Part shown: positions 36,953 through 46,860 of the stretch, in pieces
Layout of the letters: each line of letters opens with the position of its first letter
How positions within the stretch are numbered: the first letter of the stretch is position 1
From: Vicinamibacteria bacterium
GTDB taxonomy: Bacteria; Acidobacteriota; Vicinamibacteria; Marinacidobacterales; Marinacidobacteraceae
Direction of reading: 5' to 3'
Length of the DNA stretch: 64,000 nucleotides
NCBI GenBank assembly: GCA_964291235.2
Contig: OZ219816.1
Coordinates: 800,001 to 864,000 of the forward strand
The notes under the pieces: model-generated
Told to the model about the DNA's origin: nothing
The model's input: only the letters and a program-made list of their open reading frames with translations
Database searches by the model: none
Position numbers and translations under genes: made by a program

Positions 36953-38314
36953 ATGAGCACCAGTCCGAACGAATCAGCCACCCAGGAGGAAATCCCGCCT
37001 GCCTGTCGGCCTTCCCTGAGTACTGAAGCTATCCGCGAGGCGCACCGCCGTTACGTCCTGCCGGCGGTGCAGACGTTTTATGACGAGCCCATGCCGATCG
37101 TGCGGGGGCAGGGACAGCACGTCTGGGATTCCGACGGCAACCGGTATCTCGACTTCTTCGGCGGCATCCTGACGGTCGGCCTCGGGCACTGCCACCCGGA
37201 GGTGAACCAGGCGGTCCGCGGGCAGCTGGACACCCTCCAGCACGTCACCACCATGTTTCCGAACCAGCCGATGGTGGAACTTGCCGAGCGCCTCGCCCGC
37301 CTCACTCCCGGAGATTGCCGGAAGAGCTTCTTCACGAACTCCGGTACCGAAGCCAACGAGATGGCGCTGCTGATGGCCGAGATGCATACGGGAAACTCCG
37401 AAGTCATCGCCCTCCGCCACGGCTACAGCGGCCGCAGCCGGCTCACCATGGGCGCCACCGGTCAGGCGCCCTGGCGGCTTGGGGCCAGCGCTGCAGCGGG
37501 GGTCCGTCACGTGGCGAACGCCTACTGCTACCGCTGTCCCTTCGGTCTCGAGTACCCATCCTGCGACCTCCGCTGCGCGCGCGACATCGAGGACGTGATC
37601 CAGACCACGACCTCCGGCCGGATCGCCGGGTTCATCGCCGAACCGATCCAGGGTGTCGGCGGGTTCATTACGCCGCCTCCGGGCTATTTCGAGGTGGCCG
37701 TGGAGATCGTGCGGCGCTACGGGGGGGTCTTCATCTGCGACGAGGTCCAGACCGGCTGGGGACGCACCGGCGGCGCCCTGAACGGCATCGACCACTGGGA
37801 CGTGGAGCCGGACATCGTCACCTACGCCAAGGGCCTCGGGAATGGGGTCCCGGTGGGGGCGACGGTCGCCACCGACGAGGTCGCGGGGTCGGTGCGGGGG
37901 AACACCCTTTCCACGTTCGGCGGAAATCCGGTGAGCATGGCGGCCGCCGGAGCGGTACTCGAGATCGTGGAGCGTGAACGCCTCGCGGAGAATGCGGAGC
38001 GCATGGGCGCCCACCTGCGCGCCGGGCTCGAGGAGCTCGCCGAGGCCCATCCGGCGATCGGCGACGTCCGCGGCAAGGGGCTCATGCAGGCGCTCGAGTT
38101 CGTGGAGGACCGGGGGACGAAGACCCCCGACGCGGCGTTCGCCGGCCGGTTCATCCAACACGTCCGGGACGAGGGGCTCCTGATCGGCAAGGGGGGGCTC
38201 TACGGCAACTGCGTGCGGATCTCTCCGCCGCTCAACATCGGGACGTCCGACGTGAGCGACGCCCTGGCGATGCTCGATCGGGCGCTCGCCGCCACGGAGG
38301 CGGAGGCCCGTTGA
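36953..38314 (+). CDS. Class III PLP aminotransferase
   Basis: YLDFFGG, FFTNSGTEANE, FIAEPIQGVGG, DEVQTGWGRTG, AKGLGNG, TFGGNP. Confidence 0.93.
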   Translation: MSTSPNESATQEEIPPACRPSLSTEAIREAHRRYVLPAVQTFYDEPMPIVRGQGQHVWDSDGNRYLDFFGGILTVGLGHCHPEVNQAVRGQLDTLQHVTTMFPNQPMVELAERLARLTPGDCRKSFFTNSGTEANEMALLMAEMHTGNSEVIALRHGYSGRSRLTMGATGQAPWRLGASAAAGVRHVANAYCYRCPFGLEYPSCDLRCARDIEDVIQTTTSGRIAGFIAEPIQGVGGFITPPPGYFEVAVEIVRRYGGVFICDEVQTGWGRTGGALNGIDHWDVEPDIVTYAKGLGNGVPVGATVATDEVAGSVRGNTLSTFGGNPVSMAAAGAVLEIVERERLAENAERMGAHLRAGLEELAEAHPAIGDVRGKGLMQALEFVEDRGTKTPDAAFAGRFIQHVRDEGLLIGKGGLYGNCVRISPPLNIGTSDVSDALAMLDRALAATEAEAR

Positions 38315-39492
38315 CCGCCAATGCCCCAGCGGGGCGAGCGGTGGCGGGGCCGCCGCTCGCAGGGGTTCGCGTCCTGGATCTCTCGCGGATCCTGGCGGGT
38401 CCCTACGCGACCATGATGCTCGCGGACCTGGGCGCCGAGGTGATCAAGATCGAGCCTCCCACTGGGGACGACACGCGCACCTGGGGACCGCCGTTCGCCG
38501 GCGGCGAGGCCGCCTACTTCCTCGCCGTCAACCGGGGGAAGAAGAGCGTTGTCCTGAATCTGAAGAGTGCCGAGGGTTCCGAGGCCCTTGCCCGGCTCAT
38601 CGCGTCCAGCGACGTGCTCGTCGAGAACTTCCGACCCGGGACGATGGCGCGCCTCGGGTTTCCACCGGACGAGATCCAGGACCGCCATCCCCGGCTCATC
38701 TGGTGCTCGATCTCCGCCTACGGCCAGTACGGTCCGCTCTCGACGAAGCCCGGCTACGACGCCATCATGCAGGGCGAGGCCGGCTGGATGGGCCTCACCG
38801 GCCCCCCTGAGGGGCCGCCCACCAAGGTGGGAGCTTCGCTCGCGGACATCTGCGCGGGCATGATGGCGAGTTCGGGAATCCTCGCCGCGCTCTTTCGGCG
38901 AGAGCGCGACGGCCGGGGCCGCCGGGTGGACGTGGCGCTGTTTGATTCCGTGGTGGCGACGCTGTGTTACCAGGCCCAGGGATACCTGCTCACCGGCGAG
39001 GAACCCGTGAGGAGCGGCAACAATCACCCGTCGCTGACGCCCTACGAGAGCTTCGAGGCGTCGGACGGGCACGTGATCGTGGGGGTCGGCAACGACGCCC
39101 TGTGGAAGCGGTTCTGCGCCGTCGCCGGTTCCGGCCTCGATCGTCCCGAATACGAGAAAAATCCCGACCGGGTGCGGCGCCGCCCCGAGCTGCGCGCCCT
39201 GCTGGAGCCCGTCTTCCGCTCCCGGGCAGTCGCCGAGTGGGAACGCGTGCTGGACGAAGCCGGTGTTCCGGTGGGACGGGTACGGAGCGTGGGCGAAATC
39301 CTGAACAGTCCGCAGCTCAAGGCCCGCGGCATGCTCGTGGAAGGCGATCACCCGGCAATCGGAGCGCTCAGGATGGTCGGCAATCCGATCCAATTCGACG
39401 GGCAGAACCATTCCGCCGCCCTCCCGCCACCACGGCAGGGCCAGCACACCGAGGAAGTTCTCGCCGACCTCCGGATCCCTCCGATCCGCTGA
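38311..39492 (+). CDS. Family III CoA-transferase (CaiB/BaiF)
   Basis: LAGVRVLDLSRILAGP, NRGKKS, ENFRPG, GYD. Confidence 0.93.
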   Translation: MTANAPAGRAVAGPPLAGVRVLDLSRILAGPYATMMLADLGAEVIKIEPPTGDDTRTWGPPFAGGEAAYFLAVNRGKKSVVLNLKSAEGSEALARLIASSDVLVENFRPGTMARLGFPPDEIQDRHPRLIWCSISAYGQYGPLSTKPGYDAIMQGEAGWMGLTGPPEGPPTKVGASLADICAGMMASSGILAALFRRERDGRGRRVDVALFDSVVATLCYQAQGYLLTGEEPVRSGNNHPSLTPYESFEASDGHVIVGVGNDALWKRFCAVAGSGLDRPEYEKNPDRVRRRPELRALLEPVFRSRAVAEWERVLDEAGVPVGRVRSVGEILNSPQLKARGMLVEGDHPAIGALRMVGNPIQFDGQNHSAALPPPRQGQHTEEVLADLRIPPIR

Positions 39493-39641
39493 AGGGCCGG
39501 CAGCGCCGCCTGCGCGTTCCGTGCTCCCGTGCGTAAGCGGTGGTGGTGGGGGAGGCGGAGTACGGATCACCGAGGTGGACCCCCGCGCCCCTGACGCGCC
39601 GCGATCGCGCTGCTACCATTGATCCGTTGGGGTGAGGTTAA

Positions 39642-39820
39642 GAGCCTGTGGTGAAACTCACGCGGCATTCGACGCCCGCTGAATCCCCGCTGAACCGCTC
39701 GCCTTCGGCTCGCTCATCGTTGCGCTTCGGTCGAAATACACTCGGCATTCCTCCCTCGCGCGTCTTGTCACCGAGGCCCAGCGGGCGTCTCGGTGCTCAC
39801 GTCAGTTCCACCACAGGCTC
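39642..39820. mobile_element. MITE, 179 bp, same family as 26886-27082, opposite orientation
   Basis: TIR GAGCCTGTGGTGAAACT / AGTTCCACCACAGGCTC flanked by TTAA and TTAG. Core CGTTGCGCTTCGGTCGAAATACACTCGGCATTCCTCCCT matches the reverse complement of about 26969-27006. Confidence 0.88.
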
Positions 39821-39832
39821 TTAGGAGGCGCC

Positions 39833-40777
39833 ATGGAAACGGCAAGAGGAACCGGAGCCGAGCCCCCGGTGCGCCGTTCTGAAGGCTGGCTGGCCGGCCT
39901 CGCGTCCGGGGGTGCGGCGACCAGCCCGGCGGACCCGATCTGGAAACAGCGACCGGCGCTCGCCTCGGCGGCCTTCCACCTGGCGCTCGCAGCTCTGGTT
40001 TTTCTGCCTGGATTCGGTTTGTTCGATTCTTCGGAGGAGCGGATGACGGGCAACCCCATCTTCCAGTTCCGGGTTGCCGGGGGCGAGGGCGCCGGCGGCG
40101 GCGGCGGCGGGGGCGGCAGCCGCGGCGAACGCATCAGCGCCTACATCCCGGTCCGGGTGGAGCGTGCTGCTCCCGAGCCCGAGACCCCGCGCGAGGCGCC
40201 CATTGCGCCGCGGAAACCGCGCCCGTTGCGGTTCGAAGATCTCGAGAATGTCGCGGACCAACCGGATCTCACCAACCTGGTGCTTGGCGGAGTGTTTTCG
40301 CCGCAGGCGGAGGATTTCCCCGGGCTCTCGCTCGATGATTTCGGTGACTACGGGGGGCGGGACACTGCGCCGAGCGCCGGTACGGGGGGAGGCATCGGCG
40401 GCGGCGAGGGGATCGGCACCGGCGAGGGGCAGGGATGGGGAGTCGGCCCCGGATACGGGGGCGGCTCGGGCGGGGGCGCCTACAGCCCCGGGGGCTACGA
40501 CGTGGAGCCGCGCATCCTCTTCGAACCCCCGGAGCCTCCCTATCCCGAGTCGGCCCGCCGCCGGAAAATCACCGGCGAGGTGATGCTCCAGGTTCTGGTG
40601 AAGCTCGACGGATCCACCGAAGTGCTCGGGGTCATCAAGTCCGGGTGCCGCGTCTGCGTCGAAACGGCGCGGAAACACGCGCTCCTCTATCGCTGGAAGC
40701 CGGCGCTCAAGAACGGCAAGCCGGTGGAGGCGATCGGCGTCATCAGCGTCACCTTCGGCCTCCTGCCGACCGGCTGA
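39833..40777 (+). CDS. Energy transducer TonB family protein
   Basis: AGGAGG RBS; SAAFH transmembrane motif; Gly/Pro-rich linker; PPYPESARRRKITGEVMLQV...WKPALKNGKPV. Confidence 0.88.
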   Translation: METARGTGAEPPVRRSEGWLAGLASGGAATSPADPIWKQRPALASAAFHLALAALVFLPGFGLFDSSEERMTGNPIFQFRVAGGEGAGGGGGGGGSRGERISAYIPVRVERAAPEPETPREAPIAPRKPRPLRFEDLENVADQPDLTNLVLGGVFSPQAEDFPGLSLDDFGDYGGRDTAPSAGTGGGIGGGEGIGTGEGQGWGVGPGYGGGSGGGAYSPGGYDVEPRILFEPPEPPYPESARRRKITGEVMLQVLVKLDGSTEVLGVIKSGCRVCVETARKHALLYRWKPALKNGKPVEAIGVISVTFGLLPTG

Positions 40778-40791
40778 ATCCGGCATTCGGC

Positions 40792-41331
40792 GTGACATCC
40801 CCGAGCGAGGCGGCCGCGGATCCACCCGAGGTCCTGTCGGCGGCGGTCATCGCCGCCCGGGTGGAATCACTGGCCGGGGAGATCGAGGCGGCGCACGCCG
40901 ATCGAAAGCTGCATCTGTTGGTGGTGCTGCGGGGGGCGTTCGTTTTCGCGGCCGACCTGGCGCGCGCACTCCATTCCCGGGGGATGGAAGTGACCGTGGA
41001 TTTTTGCCGGGTGGCGTCCTATGGAGACGGTACCGAGCCGGGCGTCCCCGCGGTCGAGCTCTATCACCCCGAAACCCTGACCGATCGCGACGTGATGATT
41101 GTCGAGGACATAGTGGACACCGGGTTCGCGCTGGAAGCGCTGATGCGGGCGGTGAAGTCGGCCGGGCCCCGATCCGTCTGTTGCGCGGCGCTGCTCTCCA
41201 AGCCGAACCGCCGCCGGGTGACGATCCAGGCGGACTTCACCGGCTTCATCGTTCCCGACAAGTTCGTGGTGGGCTACGGCCTCGATTACGCCGGCCGCTA
41301 CCGCCATCTCCCCTACGTCGGCTCGCTGTAG
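40792..41331 (+). CDS. hpt: Hypoxanthine phosphoribosyltransferase
   Basis: VLRGAFVFAADL, IVEDIVDTG, FVVGYGLDY.GRYRHLPY. Start at GTG 40792. Confidence 0.93.
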   Translation: MTSPSEAAADPPEVLSAAVIAARVESLAGEIEAAHADRKLHLLVVLRGAFVFAADLARALHSRGMEVTVDFCRVASYGDGTEPGVPAVELYHPETLTDRDVMIVEDIVDTGFALEALMRAVKSAGPRSVCCAALLSKPNRRRVTIQADFTGFIVPDKFVVGYGLDYAGRYRHLPYVGSL

Positions 41332-41400
41332 GGTCGGCCACGGACCGGGCGGCAGCGCGGGGACACCAAGGAGCGCCGGCCAGGTCTTCCGCTGGGGGCG

Positions 41401-42258
41401 TCAGTCCCCGCGGAATTCCGGTTCCGCCGCCGCCGCGCCGAGTAGGCGCACCAGGCCGGGCACCGCCCGTGCCCCGGCCTCGTTCACGTGCGCCGCATCG
41501 AGCGGGCCTTCCCCGATGCCCGCCGCCAGATTCGAGGCAAACGCCAACCCGGCGAGCCGAATCCCCAGATGCCGGGCGGCGATTGCCTCCAGCACCACCG
41601 ACATTCCGACCACGTCGGCGCCGACCGTCCGCAGCATCCGGATCTCGGCGGGGGTTTCGAACTGCGGCCCCCGGACTCCGCCATAGACCCCGGAAACGAG
41701 GGGCATGCCGATGCGCGCCGCGGCGCGCTCCAGCGCCGTTCCCAGTTCCTCGTCCCAGGCCCGCGTCATGTCCGGGAACCGCGGCTCCGGCCCGGGTTCC
41801 GGCCCTTCGAGCGGGCTGGCTCCCGTCAGGTTCAGGTGGTCGTCAATCCGCAGGAAATCGCCGACCCGGAGGTCCGGATGGATGGCTCCCACCGCGGCGG
41901 TGAGCACCAGGCGCCCGACGCCGAGCGCGCCCAGCAGCCTCACTCCGAAGACGGCCTCCTCCGCGGTCCAACCCTCGTAGAGATGATGCCTGCCGAGTAG
42001 CATGGCGACCGGCAGCGATGTCCCGGCATCGGTGGCCAGCTCGCCCACCACCAACCGGCTGCGGTGCCCCGGCGCCGAGCACTGGGCGAGTCCCGGGATC
42101 TCGGGGTAGGGCAGGGAACGGGCATTCGAGACCGAGTCCGCGGCGCCGGCGAGGCCGGAACCGAAGACGATTCCGACCTCCGGGAAGATGCCGTCTCCGT
42201 ACCACTGGCGCACGGTGGCGGCCGCCTCCCGGAGCCGGGCGGCCGTTTCGACCCTCAC
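41401..42258 (-). CDS. punA: Purine nucleoside phosphorylase (trimeric type)
   Basis: GSGL, GRHHLYEG, GPQFETPAE, GADVVGMS, SNLAAG. Confidence 0.9.
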   Translation of the reverse strand: MRVETAARLREAAATVRQWYGDGIFPEVGIVFGSGLAGAADSVSNARSLPYPEIPGLAQCSAPGHRSRLVVGELATDAGTSLPVAMLLGRHHLYEGWTAEEAVFGVRLLGALGVGRLVLTAAVGAIHPDLRVGDFLRIDDHLNLTGASPLEGPEPGPEPRFPDMTRAWDEELGTALERAAARIGMPLVSGVYGGVRGPQFETPAEIRMLRTVGADVVGMSVVLEAIAARHLGIRLAGLAFASNLAAGIGEGPLDAAHVNEAGARAVPGLVRLLGAAAAEPEFRGD

Positions 42259-43460
42259 GGCGTCCCGGAAAGCATGCCGGCGATGGCTGCGGTGACGAGC
42301 GTTGCCAGGGTGCCGCCGGCGAGGGCGCGGAGGCCAAGCCGCGCCAGGTCTTTCTTGCGCCCCGGAGCGATCGCGCCGATGCCGCCGATCTGGATGCCGA
42401 CCGACCCGAGATTCGCGAAGCCGCAGAGTGCGAAGGTCGCGATGACTTCGCTCTTCGCCGAGAGCGTCCCCGCGGCCTTCAGCGCGGTCAGGTCGAGGTA
42501 GGCGACGAACTCGTTGAGGATCACTTTCTTGCCCAGCATGGCCGCGACGGTGCTGACTTCACCGGCGGGGACGCCGATCAGGAACGCGATCGGGGCGAAG
42601 ACCCAGCCCAGGATCTGGGAGAGCGAAAGGCCCACCGCGCCGAGGGGCAGATTGACGAGCGCCACGATGCTGAGGAACGCGATCAGCATGGCGACCACGT
42701 TCAGCACCAGCTTCATCCCGGCGGAGGCGCCGGTCGCCGCCGCGTCGATGAGGTTCACCTCGGTCCGTTCCACCTTGTATTCGATCCGACCGGCGGTTTC
42801 CGGTTTCTCCGTCTCCGGACTGATGATCTTGGCCATCATGAGCGCCGCCGGAGCGTTCACCAGGCTCGCTGCCAGCAGGAACCTGGCATCCACCCCCAGG
42901 GCGATGTAGGCGGCGAGCATCCCGCCCGACACCGTGGCCATCCCCGAGACCATGACCGCGTGGAGTTCCGAGCGGGTCATCCGCTCGAGATAGGGAGCCA
43001 CCAGCAGGGGAGCCTCCGTCTGACCCATGAACACGTTCCCGGCCGCGGCAAGCGTCTCCGCGCCGCTGGTCCCGAACGTCTTCACCATCACCTTCGCCAT
43101 CCCGACCACGGCAAGCTGAAGGATTCCCAGGTAATAGAGGACCGAAAAAACGGACGCCACATAGACGATCGCCGGGAGGGCGGTGACCGCGAGGATGACG
43201 CCGAATTGCTCCCGATCGGCCAGCGGGCCGAACAGCAGCTCGATCCCGGCGTTCGCCTGCTGGAGCGCGAGATCCACTCCGTCCGCGATGGTGGACAAGA
43301 CGGCGGTTCCGGCGCCGGTCTTCAGCACCAGCACCGCGAAGGCGACCTGCATCGCGAGCGACCAGCCCACGATCCGCCACGGGAAGCGGCGCCGGTCCAG
43401 CGAGATGGCCCAGGCGATCCCGATCAGGACCGCGATCCCGAGGATCGGGAGTCCCGCCAT
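42255..43460 (-). CDS. nupC: Concentrative nucleoside transporter (NupC/CNT family)
   Basis: FMGQTEAP, GMATVSG, NEFVAY, FALCGFAN. Confidence 0.93.
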   Translation of the reverse strand: MAGLPILGIAVLIGIAWAISLDRRRFPWRIVGWSLAMQVAFAVLVLKTGAGTAVLSTIADGVDLALQQANAGIELLFGPLADREQFGVILAVTALPAIVYVASVFSVLYYLGILQLAVVGMAKVMVKTFGTSGAETLAAAGNVFMGQTEAPLLVAPYLERMTRSELHAVMVSGMATVSGGMLAAYIALGVDARFLLAASLVNAPAALMMAKIISPETEKPETAGRIEYKVERTEVNLIDAAATGASAGMKLVLNVVAMLIAFLSIVALVNLPLGAVGLSLSQILGWVFAPIAFLIGVPAGEVSTVAAMLGKKVILNEFVAYLDLTALKAAGTLSAKSEVIATFALCGFANLGSVGIQIGGIGAIAPGRKKDLARLGLRALAGGTLATLVTAAIAGMLSGTP

Positions 43461-43484
43461 CTGGAAAGCTGGTCGGGAACGGGA

Positions 43485-43655
43485 TCAGCCGCCCGCGAGG
43501 TACATGACCCAGCCGATTCCGACGGCGAACCCGACGAAGCTGACGAAGGCCCAGAAGGTGAAGCGCAGCCGCGCCATCCATCCCTCGCGCATGAGGCAGG
43601 CAAAGGCCGGGGAGACCAGCGCGGCGAAGAGGATGAGCGCGGCGGCGTGACTCAT
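43485..43655 (-). CDS. Small two-helix membrane protein (56 aa)
   Basis: MSHAAALILFAALVSPAFACL...FVGFAVGIGWVMYLAGG; ATGA overlap with the upstream stop. Confidence 0.7.
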   Translation of the reverse strand: MSHAAALILFAALVSPAFACLMREGWMARLRFTFWAFVSFVGFAVGIGWVMYLAGG

Positions 43656-44125
43656 CGCGCCGAGTCCCGGGGTCCGTCCGCGGGTGCGGCCTCTTCCGCC
43701 GATTCCTTCGCCCCGGTCGCGATGTCCCAGGCATCGAGGACGACGAGCATGTTGAGGAGTCCCGCCACGATCAGGAAGGCGTACCCGTACTCGTAGGTGG
43801 GCGCCTCCGGATTCCCGGCGCCGAAGCCCAGCAGGCGGGCCGCCACGTAGAGGCCCCCGGCCCCCACCTCGGCGGCGCCGGCGAGGAGGGTGAGCGGCGC
43901 CGCGGCTTCGAAGGGGAAGAGCTCGCCTTCCATGTGGAGCCCGAACCCGAACAGCAAACCGATGGAAACCAGGAAGACGACGCCGGTCCCGCGCCGCCCG
44001 AGGGCCAGGTGCCCGCCGCCGGGAAGAACGAGGCCCAGACCGCAATAGAGCAGGGGGTTCGACGCCTCCCGGCTCCCGGCGCGGGGTTGCTGGCCGGCGC
44101 TCGGCCGCGCCCTTGCCTCGACCAT
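43652..44125 (-). CDS. DUF6677-like membrane protein
   Basis: LPGGGHLALG, YEYGYAFLIVAGLLNMLVVLDAWDIA. Start at ATG 44125. Confidence 0.75.
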   Translation of the reverse strand: MVEARARPSAGQQPRAGSREASNPLLYCGLGLVLPGGGHLALGRRGTGVVFLVSIGLLFGFGLHMEGELFPFEAAAPLTLLAGAAEVGAGGLYVAARLLGFGAGNPEAPTYEYGYAFLIVAGLLNMLVVLDAWDIATGAKESAEEAAPADGPRDSAR

Positions 44126-44303
44126 CCCGGAATCGTAACCGGGCGGCGGGAGGCCGCCTGCTCCGACCGCGGTCGATGACCGGAGCCACAAGGGGCGTTG
44201 CTTGCTGCCCGGTCGGCCGGCGGCGCCGGTATTGAGACCGGCGGTCCGTGGCCCCTCGAACCGTGACGGGTCGCGCGATCCCCGCGATACGCTTTCGCCC
44301 GCC

Positions 44304-45542
44304 ATGAGTCCGCCCAGAAACGCCGTCGCTCCGGCGTCCGGAATCTGGTTCCTGGCGGGGGCCCGGACTCCCATGACGCCGTTCCTCGGCGAATTGGCGG
44401 GATGCACCGCAGTGGAGCTCGGGGCCGAGGCGGCGAAGGGCGCCCTCGACCGGTCCGGGGTGGAGCCGGAGCGGGTGGACCACGTGGTGGTCGGCAACGC
44501 CCAGCAGACCAGCAGCGACGCGATCTACGGCGCCCGGCACGTGGGCCTGCGGGCGGGGGTACCGGATTCGGTGCCGGCGCTCACCGTGAACCGCCTCTGC
44601 GGCTCGGGCATCCAGGCGGTGATCTCCGCGGCGCACCAGATGCTCGCCGGGGAAGCGGACGTTGTCCTCGCCGGCGGCATGGAGTCCATGAGCCAGGCGC
44701 CCTTCGTGGTGCGGGGCGCCCGTTCCGGCCTCCGGCTCGGTCACGGTAAGCTCGAGGACACCCTGGTCGCGGCGCTCACGGATGGCCGTTGCGGCCTTTC
44801 CATGTCCGACACCGCCGAGAACGTGGCGGAACGCACTGGGATCACCCGCGAGGATTCCGACGAATACGCGCTCCGCAGCCAGCAGACCGCGGATCGCGCC
44901 TTCCGGGCCGGGGCGCACGCCGAGGAGATCATCCCCGTCACCGTGAAGACCCGGAAGGGCGACGCCATCGTGTCGGAGGACGGGCACCGGCGTCCCCAGA
45001 CCACCCGGGAAGGCCTCGCCCGGCTCCGGCCGGCATTCCGCCGCGACGGGCTCGTCACGGCCGGCAACGCCAGCGGCATCGTGGACGGAGGCGCGGCCTT
45101 CGTGGTGGCGCGGGAGGGCGCGGCGACGGTGCGGGAAGGGTCTCCGCTCGGCAGGATCGTCTCCTGGGCCACCGCGGGCGTCCCTCCCGAGATCATGGGA
45201 CTCGGGCCGGTTCCGGCCAGCCGGGCGGCGCTCAAGGCCGCCGGGCTCGGGCTCAAGGACATGGACCGGATCGAGGTCAACGAGGCGTTCGCCCCCCAGT
45301 ACCTGGCGGTCGAGCGGGAACTCGGGCTGGACCGCGAACGAGTGAACGTGAACGGCGGTGCGATCGCGCTGGGGCATCCGCTGGGCGCCACGGGCACCCG
45401 TCTGCTGCTCACGCTGCTCCTCGAACTGCGGCGCTCGGGTGGCCGCTACGGGCTTGCCACCGCCTGCATCGGTGGCGGGCAGGGCATTGCGATGGTCGTC
45501 GAGGCGGCGGGAAGCGGCGCCGGCAACGGAGCGGCGTCGTGA
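44304..45542 (+). CDS. Acetyl-CoA C-acyltransferase (thiolase)
   Basis: NRLCGSG, NEAFA, GHPLGATG, CIGGGQG. Confidence 0.95.
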   Translation: MSPPRNAVAPASGIWFLAGARTPMTPFLGELAGCTAVELGAEAAKGALDRSGVEPERVDHVVVGNAQQTSSDAIYGARHVGLRAGVPDSVPALTVNRLCGSGIQAVISAAHQMLAGEADVVLAGGMESMSQAPFVVRGARSGLRLGHGKLEDTLVAALTDGRCGLSMSDTAENVAERTGITREDSDEYALRSQQTADRAFRAGAHAEEIIPVTVKTRKGDAIVSEDGHRRPQTTREGLARLRPAFRRDGLVTAGNASGIVDGGAAFVVAREGAATVREGSPLGRIVSWATAGVPPEIMGLGPVPASRAALKAAGLGLKDMDRIEVNEAFAPQYLAVERELGLDRERVNVNGGAIALGHPLGATGTRLLLTLLLELRRSGGRYGLATACIGGGQGIAMVVEAAGSGAGNGAAS

Positions 45543-46330
45543 CGGCCCTTCCCGACCTCCTGGTCGAGCGACGGGAGACCGCCAAGGGACATCCCTTCGC
45601 TCTCGTCACGGTGGATCGGCCCAGGGCCCTCAACGCCCTGAACCGCAGCCTGGTGGAATCCCTCGCGGCCGCCTTCGAGGACCTCGGAGCCGACGGGGCC
45701 GCGGAGGGGATCGTCCTTACCGGCGCCGGTGACCGGGCCTTCGTTGCCGGGGCGGACATCTCCGAGTTGCGCGACCTCACCCCGGAAGCCGCCTTCCAGT
45801 TCGTCCGCCGCGGCCAGGAAGTCATGCGGACCATCGAGGGGACCGGCAAACCGGTCATCGCCGCGATCGGCGGCTACGCGCTCGGGGGCGGCCTCGAGCT
45901 CGCGCTTGCCTGTCACCTGCGGGTCGCGAGCCCGAAGGCCAGGCTCGGCCTCCCCGAGGTGAAGCTCGGCGTCATTCCCGGGTACGGCGGCACCCAGCGG
46001 CTGCCGCGCCTCATCGGCCGCGGCCGCTCGCTCCGGATGATCCTCACCGGCGAACCGGTGGACAGCGAGGAGGCGCTCGTGGCGGGGCTCGTGGATGCGG
46101 TCCACGAGGACGCGGTCGAAGGAGCGGCGGCGCTCCTCGACCGGGTGCTCGCCAACGGCCCGCTCGCGGTCCGGAACGCACTCCTCGCGGTGGATGCGGG
46201 GCTTGCCGGCCTCGAGGACGGCCTGCTGGCCGAGGCATCGCTCTTTTCGTCGCTCGCCGGCACCGACGACATGCGGGAGGGGCTGGGCGCGTTCCTGGAG
46301 AAGCGTCCGGCGCGGTTCCGTGGCGCCTGA
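45539..46330 (+). CDS. Enoyl-CoA hydratase/isomerase
   Basis: [35 protein letters not shown]; GTGA overlap. Confidence 0.95.
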   Translation: MTALPDLLVERRETAKGHPFALVTVDRPRALNALNRSLVESLAAAFEDLGADGAAEGIVLTGAGDRAFVAGADISELRDLTPEAAFQFVRRGQEVMRTIEGTGKPVIAAIGGYALGGGLELALACHLRVASPKARLGLPEVKLGVIPGYGGTQRLPRLIGRGRSLRMILTGEPVDSEEALVAGLVDAVHEDAVEGAAALLDRVLANGPLAVRNALLAVDAGLAGLEDGLLAEASLFSSLAGTDDMREGLGAFLEKRPARFRGA

Positions 46331-46859
46331 TCCGGGGTCCCGGCGGAGGCCCGACGCGGGCGGCGACGCCGCGGAGACCGGACCGCTCGCCGGCTACCAC
46401 TTCGGAATCGTTTTCTCGGAGCGGGACACGCCCTCGGGCCGCCTCGCCGCCGCCGCCGAGCACTGGCTGCAGGCGGAAGGAGCCGATATCTCGCGCTATC
46501 CGGCGCCCGCCGCTTTCGAGGTGGCCCAACTGACCGGCTGGCTGGCGGACTCCGGGCGGGTGGACGGAATCGTCGCCTGCGCCTCGATCGTGCGCGGGGA
46601 GACCTCCCACGACCGTCATCTTGCCGAGGCGGTGACCACCGGGCTCCTGGAAATCGCCGTTCGGACCGGGATTCCGGTGGGGAACGCGGTCCTGACCGTG
46701 GACACCAGCGAACAGGCCGACGCCCGTTCCGGGGGCGCCCGGGGAAACCGCGGCGAGGACGCGGCGCGGGCGGTCGCCGGATTGCTCCGCGCCCGAAAGC
46801 GTCTTGGCGAGCGCCCGGGCCGCGATCTTGGGCCGCTACCGGTTTCGGGGCGCCACTGA
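46320..46859 (+). CDS. ribH: 6,7-dimethyl-8-ribityllumazine synthase (divergent)
   Basis: [16 protein letters not shown]...[16 protein letters not shown]; directly precedes nusB. Start uncertain. Confidence 0.82.
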   Translation: MAPDPGSRRRPDAGGDAAETGPLAGYHFGIVFSERDTPSGRLAAAAEHWLQAEGADISRYPAPAAFEVAQLTGWLADSGRVDGIVACASIVRGETSHDRHLAEAVTTGLLEIAVRTGIPVGNAVLTVDTSEQADARSGGARGNRGEDAARAVAGLLRARKRLGERPGRDLGPLPVSGRH

Positions 46860-46860
46860 A

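Noticed and set aside
40080-40500. GGC-rich repeats
   Set aside because: They encode the Gly-rich linker typical of TonB-like proteins.
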